Positions 45,093-57,304 of a stretch of DNA of 64,000 nt are shown here, piece by piece. Under the pieces are notes generated by a model. The model was given only the letters and a program-made list of their open reading frames with translations, made no database searches and was not told the DNA's origin. This stretch comes from an uncultured Alphaproteobacteria bacterium (GTDB lineage: Bacteria; Pseudomonadota; Alphaproteobacteria; Sphingomonadales; Sphingomonadaceae): assembly GCA_963797965.1 (NCBI GenBank), contig CAWCRK010000002.1, positions 306,034 to 370,033 on the forward strand, given 5' to 3'. Position 1 is the stretch's first letter, and every line of letters begins with the position of its first letter. Both the position numbers and the translations under genes were made by a program.

Positions 45093-46595
45093 CGTGTCAA
45101 CCTCAGATTGCCGATGCCCCGCCCGATTTCATCGAAGACCACTTCAAGGTCGGAGCCGTCGGTAGTGTAGAAATGCCCGTCGCTGGTGGCACAATCCTCG
45201 ATCTCGTCGGTGTCGGTCACGTCGAAGGCGATGACCCAGACGGTCGTTCCGCGCGATTTGACCAGATCGCACACGCTTTCGAAACGCGAGATGTGCTTGT
45301 CGTTGCGCGAATCCCACGAGTTGATGCGATTCTGGTACTGGTCGACGCCGAAGGCCGAATACAGGCGTCCTCCAGTGTCCAACTTCCCGTCGGTCATGAA
45401 CACGATGTGTTCGTTGACGGGCACGCCGCCGATTTCGACCGGGTTTTCGCCGGAGAAGAATCCCGTGCGGGACAGGAAGCGAGCTCCCCATAGCATTCCC
45501 ACATCGTGATAGGTGCCCCCGGTGACATTGGCCGTTGCAGCGCTGACCGCCGTGTTGAAAGAAGCCTCGTCGATGTAGGTTTGCAGCTTGGTCGCCTCGG
45601 ACGGACAGCCGTTCTGGACCTGCCCTTTCTGAACCGCCGGGTCATAACGACCGAACTGCAAGGCCGCATCGTTGCCGTTGGCAGCCATGTCGTCGATATC
45701 TGCATCGGTGACATAATCCTCGATGACAATCGGATTGTGGCCGTTCCCGACAGTCGGGCGTTCCTCGATGCACGCGATGCCGCTGGTCCGGAAGCCCTGG
45801 CGGTTTCCGTTATTGGATCCGCCGCCTCCGCCGCCGTTGCCGTTGCCGTTGCCGTTGTTCCACGAAGAATTGCTGATGTGGACAATCCGCTCGCCGGTAT
45901 AGTTGAAATTCCACCAGTTACCGGTGCCGTTGGCATAAAGCTGATTGACCAGAATATCCCGGTTATGCAGCGACCGGCCTACGTTCACCGTATGCGATTA
46001 GGGCACGATGCCATCAGCGAGTAACGGACCCGTTGGCCGTATCATCAAGAGCGCGGTACAAGCCCTGACGCACCGTTTCGCAGGCGACGAATCTTCGTAT
46101 CTCCGCCGATCGATGGCGCATCGTTCATCGAGCCAGTCACGTCGAGCACCAGAAGCACGTCGTTGTGCCCCAGATCGCGCTTCGCATCGCACGTGACAGC
46201 GATGTCGATCTGATCATAGCCGAATATCGACATCAGCGATGTTGGAATTCTCGCAGACGCGTTACCAAGAATTTGCGCGTTGTCGTCCGGATCCTTTGCA
46301 ACGTCGAAGGTCAGGTTCTGCGCGCCCAGGGTGTTCGCGGGAAAGTTGAAGTCGAAGAACTTGCGTGCCTCGTCCTCGTTCTTTTGAAGCCACGCATTAC
46401 CATCCATGGACTGGCGACCCGCGAGTATGGCTGCGTCGCAAGCGTTCTGCAGCTTTGCTTTCGCCATGTAGCCTATGCTCAAATCGAGGCCACTGCCGAT
46501 GACCATAATGAATGGCACCAGGGCGATGCCGAAGATCGCCAGCGCGTTGCCGGCCGTATCTTCCCACACGTCGTGCTATGAATTGCGCATCCCAT
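45089..46595 (-). CDS. TadG-family pilus assembly protein with VWA domain (several frameshifts)
   Basis: AKLQNACDAAILAG, MIDAS LVLDVTGSM, GGTYHDVG, VFMTDG; GGAGGA RBS before 46595. Confidence 0.82.
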
Positions 46596-46852
46596 AATCC
46601 TCCGTTGCGCACGACTACAGAGGTTCACATTCACAATTTTTTAGCAATTCATGGCTAATCGGTATGGTTTACACCGTTTTAAGACCACAGTTTTGTGCGG
46701 AAAAACCGTTGAGACGGGTGTGCTCGAATTCGTAGAGAATGTTAACATCCGTGTCGCGCCCTTACAAAAAAAGCGTGTCGTCCACTGGTTGCCCTTGATT
46801 CGGTGCACCCTGCAACTTCCGCTGAAATGCGACGCTTTATGTCACAATTCGA

Positions 46853-47449
46853 TCAATACGGCGGCGCTGATTGTCGTGCCGCAGAGCGCCGTCTGACCAT
46901 CAGGAAACTGACCGGATCCTGGCTTGGGCATTCATAGTCCGCGGCAAGCAATCCGTAGATCGCCACGTCGCACATGCCGATATGCGTGGTCTCGTGCTCG
47001 CGGAACAGGGCCTCGCGCATAAAGCCAAGACTTTCGAGTAGACGGATGGAGGCGGTGTTGCGCACGTCCACCTCTGCGATGAGTTTACGGGCGCCCTCTT
47101 CCTCGATCAGCTGGCGCATGATCGCCGAAGTGCACTCACGGGCAATACGCTCTTTCACGCGGTGCGCGACCGTGATGTAACCGATCTCCTCCACGCCCGC
47201 CTGATGCGCAGGTATGGCGACGAACCGGCCCACGACCTCTCCGTTGGCGTCCTCCGCTATCCAGCTGCGTCCCTTCCATGTCGGGTCGGACAACCATCCC
47301 CACAGCTCTTCCTCGCTGCCGAAGGCGGCATGCGTCAGAAAGCGGCAATTGTCCGGTTCGCCCAGCGTGGGAAGCAGAGCAGCAGCATCCTCTCGGCGCA
47401 ACGGGCGTAGCGTAAATCGCTCGGTCCTCAGCGTGGGAACGTCACGCAT
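46853..47449 (-). CDS. GNAT N-acetyltransferase (RimJ/RimL type)
   Basis: LRTERFTLRPL, EIGY, NTASIRLLESLGF. Confidence 0.85.
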   Translation of the reverse strand: MRDVPTLRTERFTLRPLRREDAAALLPTLGEPDNCRFLTHAAFGSEEELWGWLSDPTWKGRSWIAEDANGEVVGRFVAIPAHQAGVEEIGYITVAHRVKERIARECTSAIMRQLIEEEGARKLIAEVDVRNTASIRLLESLGFMREALFREHETTHIGMCDVAIYGLLAADYECPSQDPVSFLMVRRRSAARQSAPPY

Positions 47450-48232
47450 CCGTCAGAAAGGCGACCAGTGCGCGGACTTTCTTCGTGCGCCATTGCGGGG
47501 TCGGAGCAACGAGCCAATAGGCGCGCGTGCCGTCATGGGGGCCGTCGAGCACTTGCAAGCGCCCCGCTGCGATATCGCGCGCGGCGAGCAGTTCGGGTAG
47601 CACCGCGCGGCCCATCCCCGCCACCGCGCCGCTCAAGGCCTCGCCCGGCTTGGCCACGGTGACCTGCGCCTGCGCGCCCTCGGGCAGCTTTGCGCCCCAG
47701 TCGATCCACACCTCCGGCGCATCCGGCGCGGCTACGGTGACCTTGCGGGCAGGCGTCAGCTCCACGCCCTCCAGATCGCCCGGACCGTCCACCAGTCGGA
47801 CCGCAAGGTCGAGATTCACCTCGGCAAACTCCGCGTCCTCGTCCGGCACGAGGGTGAACTTCACTTGCGGGTTGTCACGCGCGAACCGCGCCAGCCGCTG
47901 CTGCCAGCCAGTGTTCGTAGAAGTCGCGCGGAACCGCCAGCGTGTAGCTGTCGCTCGCCTGGCCTGCCTGCATGGCCGCGACGCTTTCTTCCAGCTTCAG
48001 GAAGCCTTCGCGCAAATGGTCGAGCCCCGCCGCGCCTTCCTGCGTAAGCTCCAGTCCGTGGCTGGTCCGGCGGAACAGCACGGTGCCGAGATGATCTTCC
48101 AGCGCACGTATCTGCTGCCCGACGGCAGCCGGCGTCACCGCCAGCTCGTCCGCCGCGCGGGTGAAGCTGAGATGCCGCGCCGCCGCGTCGTAGACCCGGA
48201 GCGCGTTCAAGGGGCAGATGCGTGCGCTTCAT
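47442..48232 (-). CDS. LysR-family regulator, GcvA-like (frameshifts)
   Basis: LPL|NALRVYDAAARHLSFTRAADELAVTPAAVGQQIRALE. Confidence 0.88.
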
Positions 48233-48291
48233 AGCGCGTCCGCGTTTAGCCGCATCGCGCGCTCAGGCAAGATGCGGTTGCCTTGTGCGGC

Positions 48292-48612
48292 CTAAAGCGC
48301 GCCTTCCAGCCACTGCTTGAGCTGGCCCTTGGGCGCCGCGCCGCGCATGTCGGCGGCCGGCTTCCCGTCCTTGAACAGCACGAGATAGGGGATCGACTGC
48401 ACGCCCATTTCTCCGGGCACACCGGTGTTTTCCATGATGTCCATTTTCGCGATGGTCACCTGGTCGGCCATCTCGTCGCTCAGCTCTTCCAGCGCGGGTG
48501 CGATCATCTTGCATGGGCCGCACCATTCCGCCCAGAAGTCGACCAGCACCGGCTTGTCGCTGTCGAGCACGTCTTTCTGAAATCCGTCGTCGGTGACGTT
48601 GATGGTGGCCAT
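48292..48612 (-). CDS. trxA: Thioredoxin
   Basis: VDFWAEWCGPCK. Confidence 0.97.
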   Translation of the reverse strand: MATINVTDDGFQKDVLDSDKPVLVDFWAEWCGPCKMIAPALEELSDEMADQVTIAKMDIMENTGVPGEMGVQSIPYLVLFKDGKPAADMRGAAPKGQLKQWLEGAL

Positions 48613-48671
48613 GTGGGTACTCCTGATGCGTGTGTTCGTGGTTGCGGCCCGATATCGGGCGCGCGGGTCGG

Positions 48672-51600
48672 TTACTCAACGGGTGGCAGGGCAAAGTTTT
48701 CCTGCCGCCGCCCAAGCCGCCCTTTCAGCGGCTCCAGAGATGCGGCGGGAAGCGCGATGAGCTGCGGGGTTTGCGTGTAGAGGATTGCCGCCTCCACCTG
48801 CCGCCCGGGATAGATCGCCTCCAGCGCGGCGACATAGGCAGCCATCTGGAGAAGCGACGGCTCGGGCACGTCCTCCAGCGATGTCGGCGGGCGACGCGCA
48901 GTCTTGAAGTCGACGACGGTCACTGTGTCCGGCGTCACCAGCAGGCGGTCCGCCGTGCCCATGACGACCTGCCCGTCGACCGTCGCGGCCAGCGGCACTT
49001 CGGCGAGCGCACCCGGCTGGAAGATGTCGGCGAAGCGCGGATCGGCCAGCACGTCCATCGCGCGCTCCAGCATCTCGTCGCGCTCGTCCTGCGGCAAGTC
49101 CGACGCGTGATGCGCCAGCCACTCGCGCGCCTTGTCTGCCCTCTCGCCTTGCGTCACGTCGGGCAACCGCTCGAGCAGCGCGTGGATCAGCACCCCGCGC
49201 CGTGCAGCACCGGCAGCGACATCGGGCGGCAACGGCGGATCGCTCCCCTCGACCTCGCCCAGCCCCGAAGGCGCGAGCGGGCGCGGCGGGCGCGGTTCGG
49301 GGCCGACCGGACGTGTGGCCCATTCCGGCAGTTCGATGTCCGGCGCGGCGGGCGGATCGGTCGTAACCGGCACGGATGCCGCTCGCTCGCCCACCTCCCA
49401 GCGCGCGCCCCAGATCGGATCGTCCAGCGCCTCGTCCGTCTCGAACAGCTTGGCCAATCGCGCGTACCAGCTGTCTTCATGCGGCCCGCTCTTCGCATCG
49501 CGCGGGCCGAGCGAGCCGCCAATGAACAGCGCCTCCTCCGCACGCGTCATGGCGACATAGAGCAATCGCCAGTGCTCCTGCATGGCGCGCGCTGCGTCCA
49601 GTTCCGCCACCTCGCGCACCGGGCCGACCCGCTCCGCCGTCGTCAGTGCGGGCAGCGGCACGATTTGCGCCTCGTCCGCACCCAGCGGCTTGGCCTCCAG
49701 CGCCAGATCGCCGCCCGTGTCGGGACGGATGGCCGCATCGGCGAGGATGACGATGGGTGCCTGCAAGCCCTTCGACCCATGCACCGTCATCACGCGCACC
49801 TGGCTGCCTGCCTCGGCCGCCTCGCGCTTCAGGTCGCCGTCGCCCGCGTCGAACCAGCGGATGAAGCCCTGCAGGCTGGCCACATGCGTCGCGGCATAGG
49901 CATTGGCGGCATTGAGCAGTTCGTCGATCGGATCGTTCGCCTCGCGCCCCAGCCGCGCGACCAGCCGCCGCCGCCCGTCCATCGGCCCGACCAGCATCCA
50001 GTGCAGCAGCTGTTGCGGCGTGTCGTAATCCGCGCGGCGCAGGATTTCGCGCAAGGTGTGCATCGTGCGCAGGACATGAGAATCCTCGGAGCTGCGCAGA
50101 TGCTCCCACAACCGCATTTTCTTCGGGCGATAGCCGTATTGCAGCAGCTCGTCCTGGCTCCACCCGATGAGCGGGGAAACAAGCAGGCTCGCCAGCGTCA
50201 GATCGTCCAGCGGCTGTGCGGCAAAGCGTATGCGCGGCCATCAGATCCTTCACCGCCAGCGGATTGCCAAGCCGCAATCGGTCGACGCCCGCCACCGGCA
50301 CGCCATGGGCATAGAGCCGCGCGACGATCAGCGAGGCCAGCTCGCGGCGTTTCTGCACCAGCACCATGATGTCGCCCGCCTGCGCGCGGCGCTCGCCGCG
50401 CTTGACCAGCGTGAAACCGGCGCCCTCACGGTCGAGCCACCCTGCGACCTGCTCGGCGATCTTGTCCGCCAGCTTGCGGTCGTGACGGGCAAGCCAGCCT
50501 TCCTCCTCGTCGCCATCGTCGTCCGCTTCGGCGATGCGGACTTCCTTCCACAGCGTCACCTGTCCCGGCGTGTCGTCGCCCAGATGCGCGCCGTCGCTCT
50601 TTTCCAGCCCCAGCCCTTCCGGCCCGATGGCGCGTATCGCGTCGTCGACAAAGCTGAGGACGGTCTGGTTGGTGCGATAGCTGCGTTCGAGATCGTATTC
50701 GCGCAGTCGCCGGTCGAGATCGTCTTCGCCCGCTTCGCGCGCAGCTAAAGCCATCGCATCCATGCGCGCCTTGAAATAGTCGCGCGCCTTGCGGAAGTTT
50801 TCCGGGCTGGTGCCCTGAAAGCCGAAGATCGCCTGCTTGTAATCGCCCACGGTAAACAGCGTGCGCACCGCATCGCCGCGTGCGCCATAGCCGTCGAAAT
50901 AGTCGTCGGTGAGCGCGCGGACGATGTCCCATTGCGCTTCGTTGGTGTCCTGCGCCTCGTCGACGAGGATGTGGTCGAAACTGCGGTCGAGCTTGTAGCG
51001 GATCCACGCGGAGATGTTGTCGCTGGAGAGCAGATGCGCTGCACGTTCGATCAGATCGTCGAAATCGACCAGGCCCTCGCGCGCCTTGGCCTCCTCCCAC
51101 AGCTTCGCATAGGCGCGTCCGGCCTCGAGTTGCGGGGCAAGGAAGGCGGCAAGGTCGAGCAAGGCGGCGCGGTCGCGGACAGCTTGCACGCCAGCAGCTA
51201 TCGCTTCCTGCTTCTCGCCGAGCGATGGGTCGTTCTTCTCAGCGCCTTTGAGGACGCGTGGGTCGCCATCCTTCTTCAGTGCCGTCTCGAAAAACCAGTC
51301 GAGCGTCTCCAGGCGTTGAGCGGGGCCAGCGGCCAGCCATACCGGGGCATTGTCGCGGACCAGATCGGCAGTCTTGGCTTTCCATCCAGCGACAGCTTGC
51401 AGCAAGCCGCGCACATCATCGACAGGAAACACTTCGTCCGAACACGCCTCGGCCACCCAGCCCTCGTCTGCATCGAGAGGGATGCCGAGCATCCGCCGCA
51501 CCGGGTCGCGCAGATTTCCCTGCCAGCCCGGTTGCAGCCACAGCCGCGAGTGACGCGCACAGCGCATCAGCCAGCCGAGGACTGCGTCAGGTCCTTTCAG

Positions 51601-52146
51601 CCGGCTCAGCTCGGCAATCGCTTCGCACACGTGCGGGCTGGCAGTGGATAGCAGTTCGGACAGCACGTCGCGGCTCAGCAGGTCGCGGTCGCGGTCCTCC
51701 ATCGGCTGGCTGCCGGGCAGCACGCCCGCCTCGCTCGGGAAGGCGGAGAGAAGATATTGCGCGAAGGCGTGGATCGTATCGATGCGCAAGCCCCCGCCCG
51801 GACAATCCAGTACGCGCGTGAACAGCGAACGGGCGCGGTCCTGCGTCGCAGGGTCGATGGGCGCGCCGAGATGCTCCAGGTCCGTCGCCAGCTTGCCTGC
51901 ATCCATCCGCACCCAGCTGGCCAGCACTTCGTTGACGCGCACCGCCATCTCGGCTGCGCCCGCCTTGGTAAAGGTGAGGCAGAGGATCTGCGCCGGATCG
52001 CTGCCGGGCTCCAGCAGCAGGCGCAGCACGCGCGCGGACAGCACCTGCGTCTTGCCCGTTCCCGCACTGGCCGACAGCCATACGCTCTCGTGCGGATCGA
52101 CGCTTGCCGCCTGCGCATCGGTGAGCTTGTAGACCTTGCCGCTCAT
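48672..52146 (-). CDS. addA: Double-strand break repair helicase-nuclease AddA (frameshift near 50230)
   Basis: ASAGTGKT, LTFTKAGAAEM, VDEAQDT, TVHGSKGL, YVAMTRA, DRL..VDFKT. Confidence 0.95.
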
Positions 52147-55100
52147 GTCGCTGCGTCCTTGTCGCCCTGGCGAGGCAACCATTCCTCCAGCCGCATCAAC
52201 TGGTCGTACGTGTCGTAGGCCGGATAGTCCGGATTCTCGCGCGCGATGAACGGCGCGCTGCCCTTGATGTACTTGCCGATCGCATCACCCAGCTTGCCCC
52301 GGGTGAGCGGCAGGAAGTCCTCCGGCTCCACGCCCACGCGCTTGTTGCCGACCTTGAGCGGGACTTCGACATAGCCGAAGCCGTGCGGGTTATCGTCGCG
52401 CGCCTTGGCCAGCGACCAGTACTCATAGGCCCCGGGAGGGCCGGACAGACCTTCGAACCCGCCATCCTGCGCAATCAGGCCGAGGATGCCGAGCTGGAGC
52501 GCAAAGCCCTGCTGAACCTGCGCGGCGCTGGGCGGTTTGCCGGTCTTGTAGTCGACGATGGCAAGGCTGCCGTCCGGCAGACGGTCGATCCGGTCCGCGA
52601 TGCCGTGGACGTAGACGTCCTCGACCCGCATCCAGCCTTTCTTCTCTACCGCGACGACGTGCCGGTCGGTGTCGGAGGTGACGCAATCCTCGATCCATTC
52701 GAGCGCCTTTTGCAGGCGCGGCTGCCACAGGCCGCGGATCAGCGGATCGGCATGCTGCTCGTCCAGCACAGCCTCCATGACCGCGCCGATACGCACCGTC
52801 GGATCGGTTTCGCGCGCCAGATGCCAGCGTTCGAGGATCGTGTGCGCGATATTGCCCTGCCACAGCGCGTCGGGCTCCGCATCGAGCGCAGGCAGGTCGG
52901 ACAGGCCCATGATCTTTTGCGCGTAGAACTGGTACGGATCGCCCAGCAGCCGGTCGAGCGCGGTGGCCGAGATTTCGACATTGCGCTGCTTGACACTCGG
53001 ATCGGGGCGCGGGCGCGGATAGTCGGGCGCGCGCGGCGCGTAGGTCATTGCGCGGGCGTATGTCAGCGTGTCGCCTTCCGTGCGGCGTGGCAGCAGCTCA
53101 CCCAGCAGTGCCTTCACCCGCAGCAGGAAGCGGCTGGGTATGGCCGGCCCGCTTTCGTCGCGCATCGAGCGGGTCAGCACCACCTCGGGCGCGCCGAGCG
53201 CTCCGGCAAGATCATGCGCCGACAGGCCGATACGGAAGTCCGCCCCGGCAATGCCCAGCGTACGCAGCACCGGCGGGGCGAGCAGCGCGTCAGCGTTGCC
53301 GCGTGCAGGCCAGACGCCTTCGTTCAACCCGGCGCAGATGACGAGGTCCGCGCGGTTCATGCGCGCTTCGAGCAGGCCGAGCACCTGCACACGCGCATGT
53401 CCGCCATAGGGCGGCCGTACCGCGCGCTCCTCCATCGCGTCGGACAGGGCGGCGGCCACGTCTCGCGGAGTGATGACGAAGTCCGTGTCGCGCGCGTGCT
53501 GGCGAAAGCTTTCGACGAAGGCTGACAGGCACCGCCCGTCCTCGCGCGCCCACAGCTTCTCGCCGCACAGCCCCTCTGCGCTGGCGGCCAGTATGTCGAT
53601 CAGGTCTGCCAGCGGCATACGCTCGTCCCGGTCGAGCTCGCACAGCGGGACGATGTGCTCTTCGGCCAGCGCCCACCATGCAGGCATGTCGTAGCGATCG
53701 CCCGCCATCGCCTCGACTGCGTCCGAGAGGGGGCTCGAGGCCCGGCGCGAGGCGCGGGCCGCGCAAGGCCCGCTCCAGCCGACGCAGCCGCCGCAGCCAG
53801 CGCCCGCGCTCCATCCCGCCGTCGACCAACGGATGACCGAGCAGCGCCATGATCGGCACCGCGCGCACGCCCTGCGCCATGACTTCCGCTGCCAGCAGGA
53901 ACGCGCGCCCCGCGGCAGTGTGCGACAAAGGTCGCCCTGCCGAATCGTCCGCCACGATGTTCCAGCGGTCGAGATGGTGGATGATTCGCTGCGCCAGGGA
54001 CCGGTCGGGCGTGACCACCGCCACGCGCTTTTCCGGGACTTCCAAGGCTTCCCGCACCAGCAGCGCGATGGCCTGCGCTTCCTCCTCGGGATCGGACGCC
54101 TCGAGTATGCTGACGCCGGTCAGACGCCGCTTTTCGGGCGGCAGGTCGATCCACGTCCGGCTGGCTTCGGGCGGCAGGAACAGCGCGGAGATCGCATGGC
54201 TGCGCTCGGGCGGCGCGGCTGTCATGCCCTTGCGATGCCAGGCGCGGACTTCCTCGCGAGCGACGCCCATGCGGTTGAGCAGCAACTTGAGATGGTATTG
54301 CGGATGCGTCACCGCATCGCCGCGCGCAAACGGCCGTATCGTCCGGCGTCGGCGCGGCGCCCGCGCGGCCCAGCTCGTCCCACACGGCCTCGTCCATCGT
54401 CAGGTCGAAGTCCGGAAGGATGACCGCACCCTGCGGCAGTTCGCTCACCGTGCGCAGCAGGCGGGCGAGCGCGGGCGCGGCGCTGTTGATGCCCGCGGCA
54501 ATGATCGGCGTCTGCGGCGGATCGGCGCGCCATGTGCGCGTAGCAAGGTCGAACAAACGGTTGCGCCGGGCGGCTGTGTCGACGACGCCCTGGCTCTCCA
54601 GCCACGCCAGCCAGCGCGCCTGCACATTGGCGAACAGGCGGATCGAATCCTGCCAGTGGCTTGCCAGATCGGGGAAGATGCCGACGACATCTTCGTTTCG
54701 CAGCTCTTCGGGCCCGACATCGTCGATCAGCAGGCGGTCCATCGTCGCGCCCGTCTCGCGCGCCAGCCGCAAGAGGGTGGCACCCTTGGGCGCTTTATCG
54801 CCCATCTCGTCCGCGATCAGCTGGGCCAGCGCGAACAGGCGGCGCTGCGGATCGATGGAGGGCGGAATGTCGCTCGCGCCCAGCGGATCGAGCAGCGGAC
54901 CGAGCGCTTCGTCGAGGTCGAGATCGCCGACCACGACCATGCGCGGCATCAACATGCCCGCCGTGCCGTCCCGCCCCATCGCCCGCACGAACGCCTCGGA
55001 CACCGTGCGCCTCGCGCGGCTGGACGGCAGCAACAGCGTCAGCCTCGCCAGCCCCAGATCGTCGTCGAAGTATCGCGGGATCAGCCCCGCCACCAGCGCA

Positions 55101-55171
55101 TCGGCAAAGCCGCGATGGGCGGCGATGGAATAGACCTTCGGCCCTGCGCCTCTGCCCTGCCCGTCAGCCAC
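52143..55171 (-). CDS. addB: Double-strand break repair protein AddB (frameshifts near 54330 and 53725)
   Basis: HPQYHLK, GLLEAR, GLSAHD, PSRF, ADRID..VDYKTG. Confidence 0.93.
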
Positions 55172-55886
55172 TCGCGAGCGCTGCCTCGGTCGGGGCGATG
55201 TGCTGCGGCGTGCCGACTTCGTACCACGTGCCGGTGAAGGCGACGCCGAACAGCCGCCCTTCCTCGATCGCGCGGTCCCACAGGATGTTGGTCGAAAACT
55301 TGCCTTCGGGCGCATCGCGCAACAGGCGGTGCGAGACGAGCTGGATGCCGGTGTAGATGAAGGGCGCGATACGGTCCGGCTGCTTGCGCGCAAGCTGGCC
55401 GCCGGCTTCCATGTAGAAATCGCCCGTCCCGTCGAAATTGCGCGCACGGGCGTGGGTCACGACCAGCAGCAGCGCATCCATCCGCTCCGCATCCCACGCA
55501 TCGGACAGGTCGAGAAAGGCATTGCGCGGGCCGTCGAGCCAGATGCTGTCGGCATTGCAGGCGAAGAAGGGGTCGGGCAGCTGCCCGGCCTTGGTCGCCT
55601 TGACCATGCCGCCACCGGTTTCGAGCAGCTCTTCACGCTCGTCGGAAAAGGCGATTGTCGGCGCGGCCCGCTCACCGATATGCGCTTCGATGGATTCGGC
55701 GAGGTAGTGGACATTGACCACGGCGCGAGCGATGCCCGCATCCTCCAGCCGGTCGAGCGCACGGTCGATCAGCGGCTTGCCTGCCACCCGCACCATCGGT
55801 TTGGGCATGGTGGCGGTCAGCGGGCGCATGCGCTTGCCCAGCCCTGCCGCCATCAGCATGGCAGTGTCGGAGACAAGCTCGCTCAC
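55164..55886 (-). CDS. murU: MurNAc-1-phosphate uridylyltransferase-like nucleotidyltransferase
   Basis: AAGLGKRMRPLT..PKP, VNVHYL, LLETGGG; adjacent to amgK. Confidence 0.85.
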   Translation of the reverse strand: MSELVSDTAMLMAAGLGKRMRPLTATMPKPMVRVAGKPLIDRALDRLEDAGIARAVVNVHYLAESIEAHIGERAAPTIAFSDEREELLETGGGMVKATKAGQLPDPFFACNADSIWLDGPRNAFLDLSDAWDAERMDALLLVVTHARARNFDGTGDFYMEAGGQLARKQPDRIAPFIYTGIQLVSHRLLRDAPEGKFSTNILWDRAIEEGRLFGVAFTGTWYEVGTPQHIAPTEAALASG

Positions 55887-56870
55887 GAAATGCCGCCTCC
55901 ACGCGCATCGCGGACGGTTTGCGGGATGTTGGCATCGAACCAGCGGGCTACGGGCGTCATAGCCTCATGCGCCAGATCGCGCTCCATGGCCGCCCAGACG
56001 CGAGGGATCATGCCAAGATAGCGCGGCTTGCCGTCACGCTTCGCAAGGCGCGTGAAGATGCCGACGATCTTGGCATTCCGCTGTGCGCCGAGCCGTGCGT
56101 AATCGGCCTCGAACGTCTCGTCCGGTTGCGCTGCGAGGCGATAGCGGTCGAGCATCTCCGCCTCCAAAGTTTGCGAGACGTCGCGCCGCGCATCCTGCAG
56201 CAGGCTGACGATGTCGTAGACCGGATGGCCCACCAGCGCGTCCTGAAAGTCGATGAGCCCCTGCGCGCCCGTCGGCATTCCGGGTTCGAGCAACATGATG
56301 TTCTCGGCATGATAGTCGCGCAGCACGGTCACGCCCGGCTGCTGGCGCTCCATCATCGGGACAAGCGCTTCGTCCCACGCGCGGGTCCAGCCATCCGTGT
56401 CCACTTCGCAGACCGGCGGCAGGACAGAACCATTCCGTAAACAGGTCCACTTCGCGCTGGTACACAGCCATGTCGTATGGCTCGAACGGCCCCGGCGGCA
56501 GGCGGTGCAGCTCGATCAGCGCGTCGATGGCAGTCGAGTAGATCGCCTTTTCGTCCTGCGGATGATCGTCGATCCATTCCTTCACGCGGTCGTCGCCGAA
56601 ATCTTCGGTCAGCACCCAGCCCTGAGCCGCGTCCTGCGCAAGGATTTCGGGGGCACGCATACCGTGTTCGCGCAGCCAGCGCGCGACGTGCAGGAAGGGT
56701 TGCGGATCCTCGTGCGGGGGCGGCGCGTGCATCAGCATGGCGGTGTGGCCGTCGCGGCCGAGGCGGAAGTAGCGCCGGAAGCTCGCATCGCCCGGCAGCG
56801 GGTCGACTGCGGCGGCGGCCCAGTCGGTGCTTGCAAGGAAATGGGTCAGGCCATCGGGCAGGTCGTTCAT
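55883..56870 (-). CDS. amgK: Anomeric MurNAc/GlcNAc kinase, APH family (frameshift near 56410)
   Basis: GDASFRRYFR, RDYHAENIM, IDFQDAL, YDIVSLLQD. Confidence 0.85.
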
Positions 56871-57304
56871 GGCAAGCGGCTTTGCCAAGCCTTGCCCGCT
56901 TCTACAATGGCTTGCCTGCCCTCTCCCACCGTTTCCAACGTAATCGAAAGACAGGTCGGCTCATGCGCGAAGCCACCGGCATGATCGGGCCATTCGGCCA
57001 GCAGCGCGGCACCGTCGCGATAGTCGTCGAGACCCAATTCCTCTGCCTCGGAAGGATGCTCCAGCCGGTAGAAGTCGGCATGCACCAGCGGGACGCGCAA
57101 GTAGTCGTAGGTTTCGATGATCGTGAAGGTCGGCGACGGCACCTCGCCCTCGTGCCCCAGCGCCGCGATGACAGCACGAGACAGCGTCGTCTTGCCCGCC
57201 CCCAGCCCGCCCGTCAGCGCGACGACATCGCCGGGCGCAAGCTGTGCCGCGATTCGCGCGCCGTAAGCATCCATCGCCGCCAGATCGGGCAGTTCGACAA
57301 TCAC
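56867..57304 (-). CDS. tsaE: t6A biosynthesis ATPase TsaE
   Basis: GGLGAGKTT, VPSPTF, HADFYRL, EWP. Confidence 0.95.
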   Translation of the reverse strand: MIVELPDLAAMDAYGARIAAQLAPGDVVALTGGLGAGKTTLSRAVIAALGHEGEVPSPTFTIIETYDYLRVPLVHADFYRLEHPSEAEELGLDDYRDGAALLAEWPDHAGGFAHEPTCLSITLETVGEGRQAIVEAGKAWQSRLP

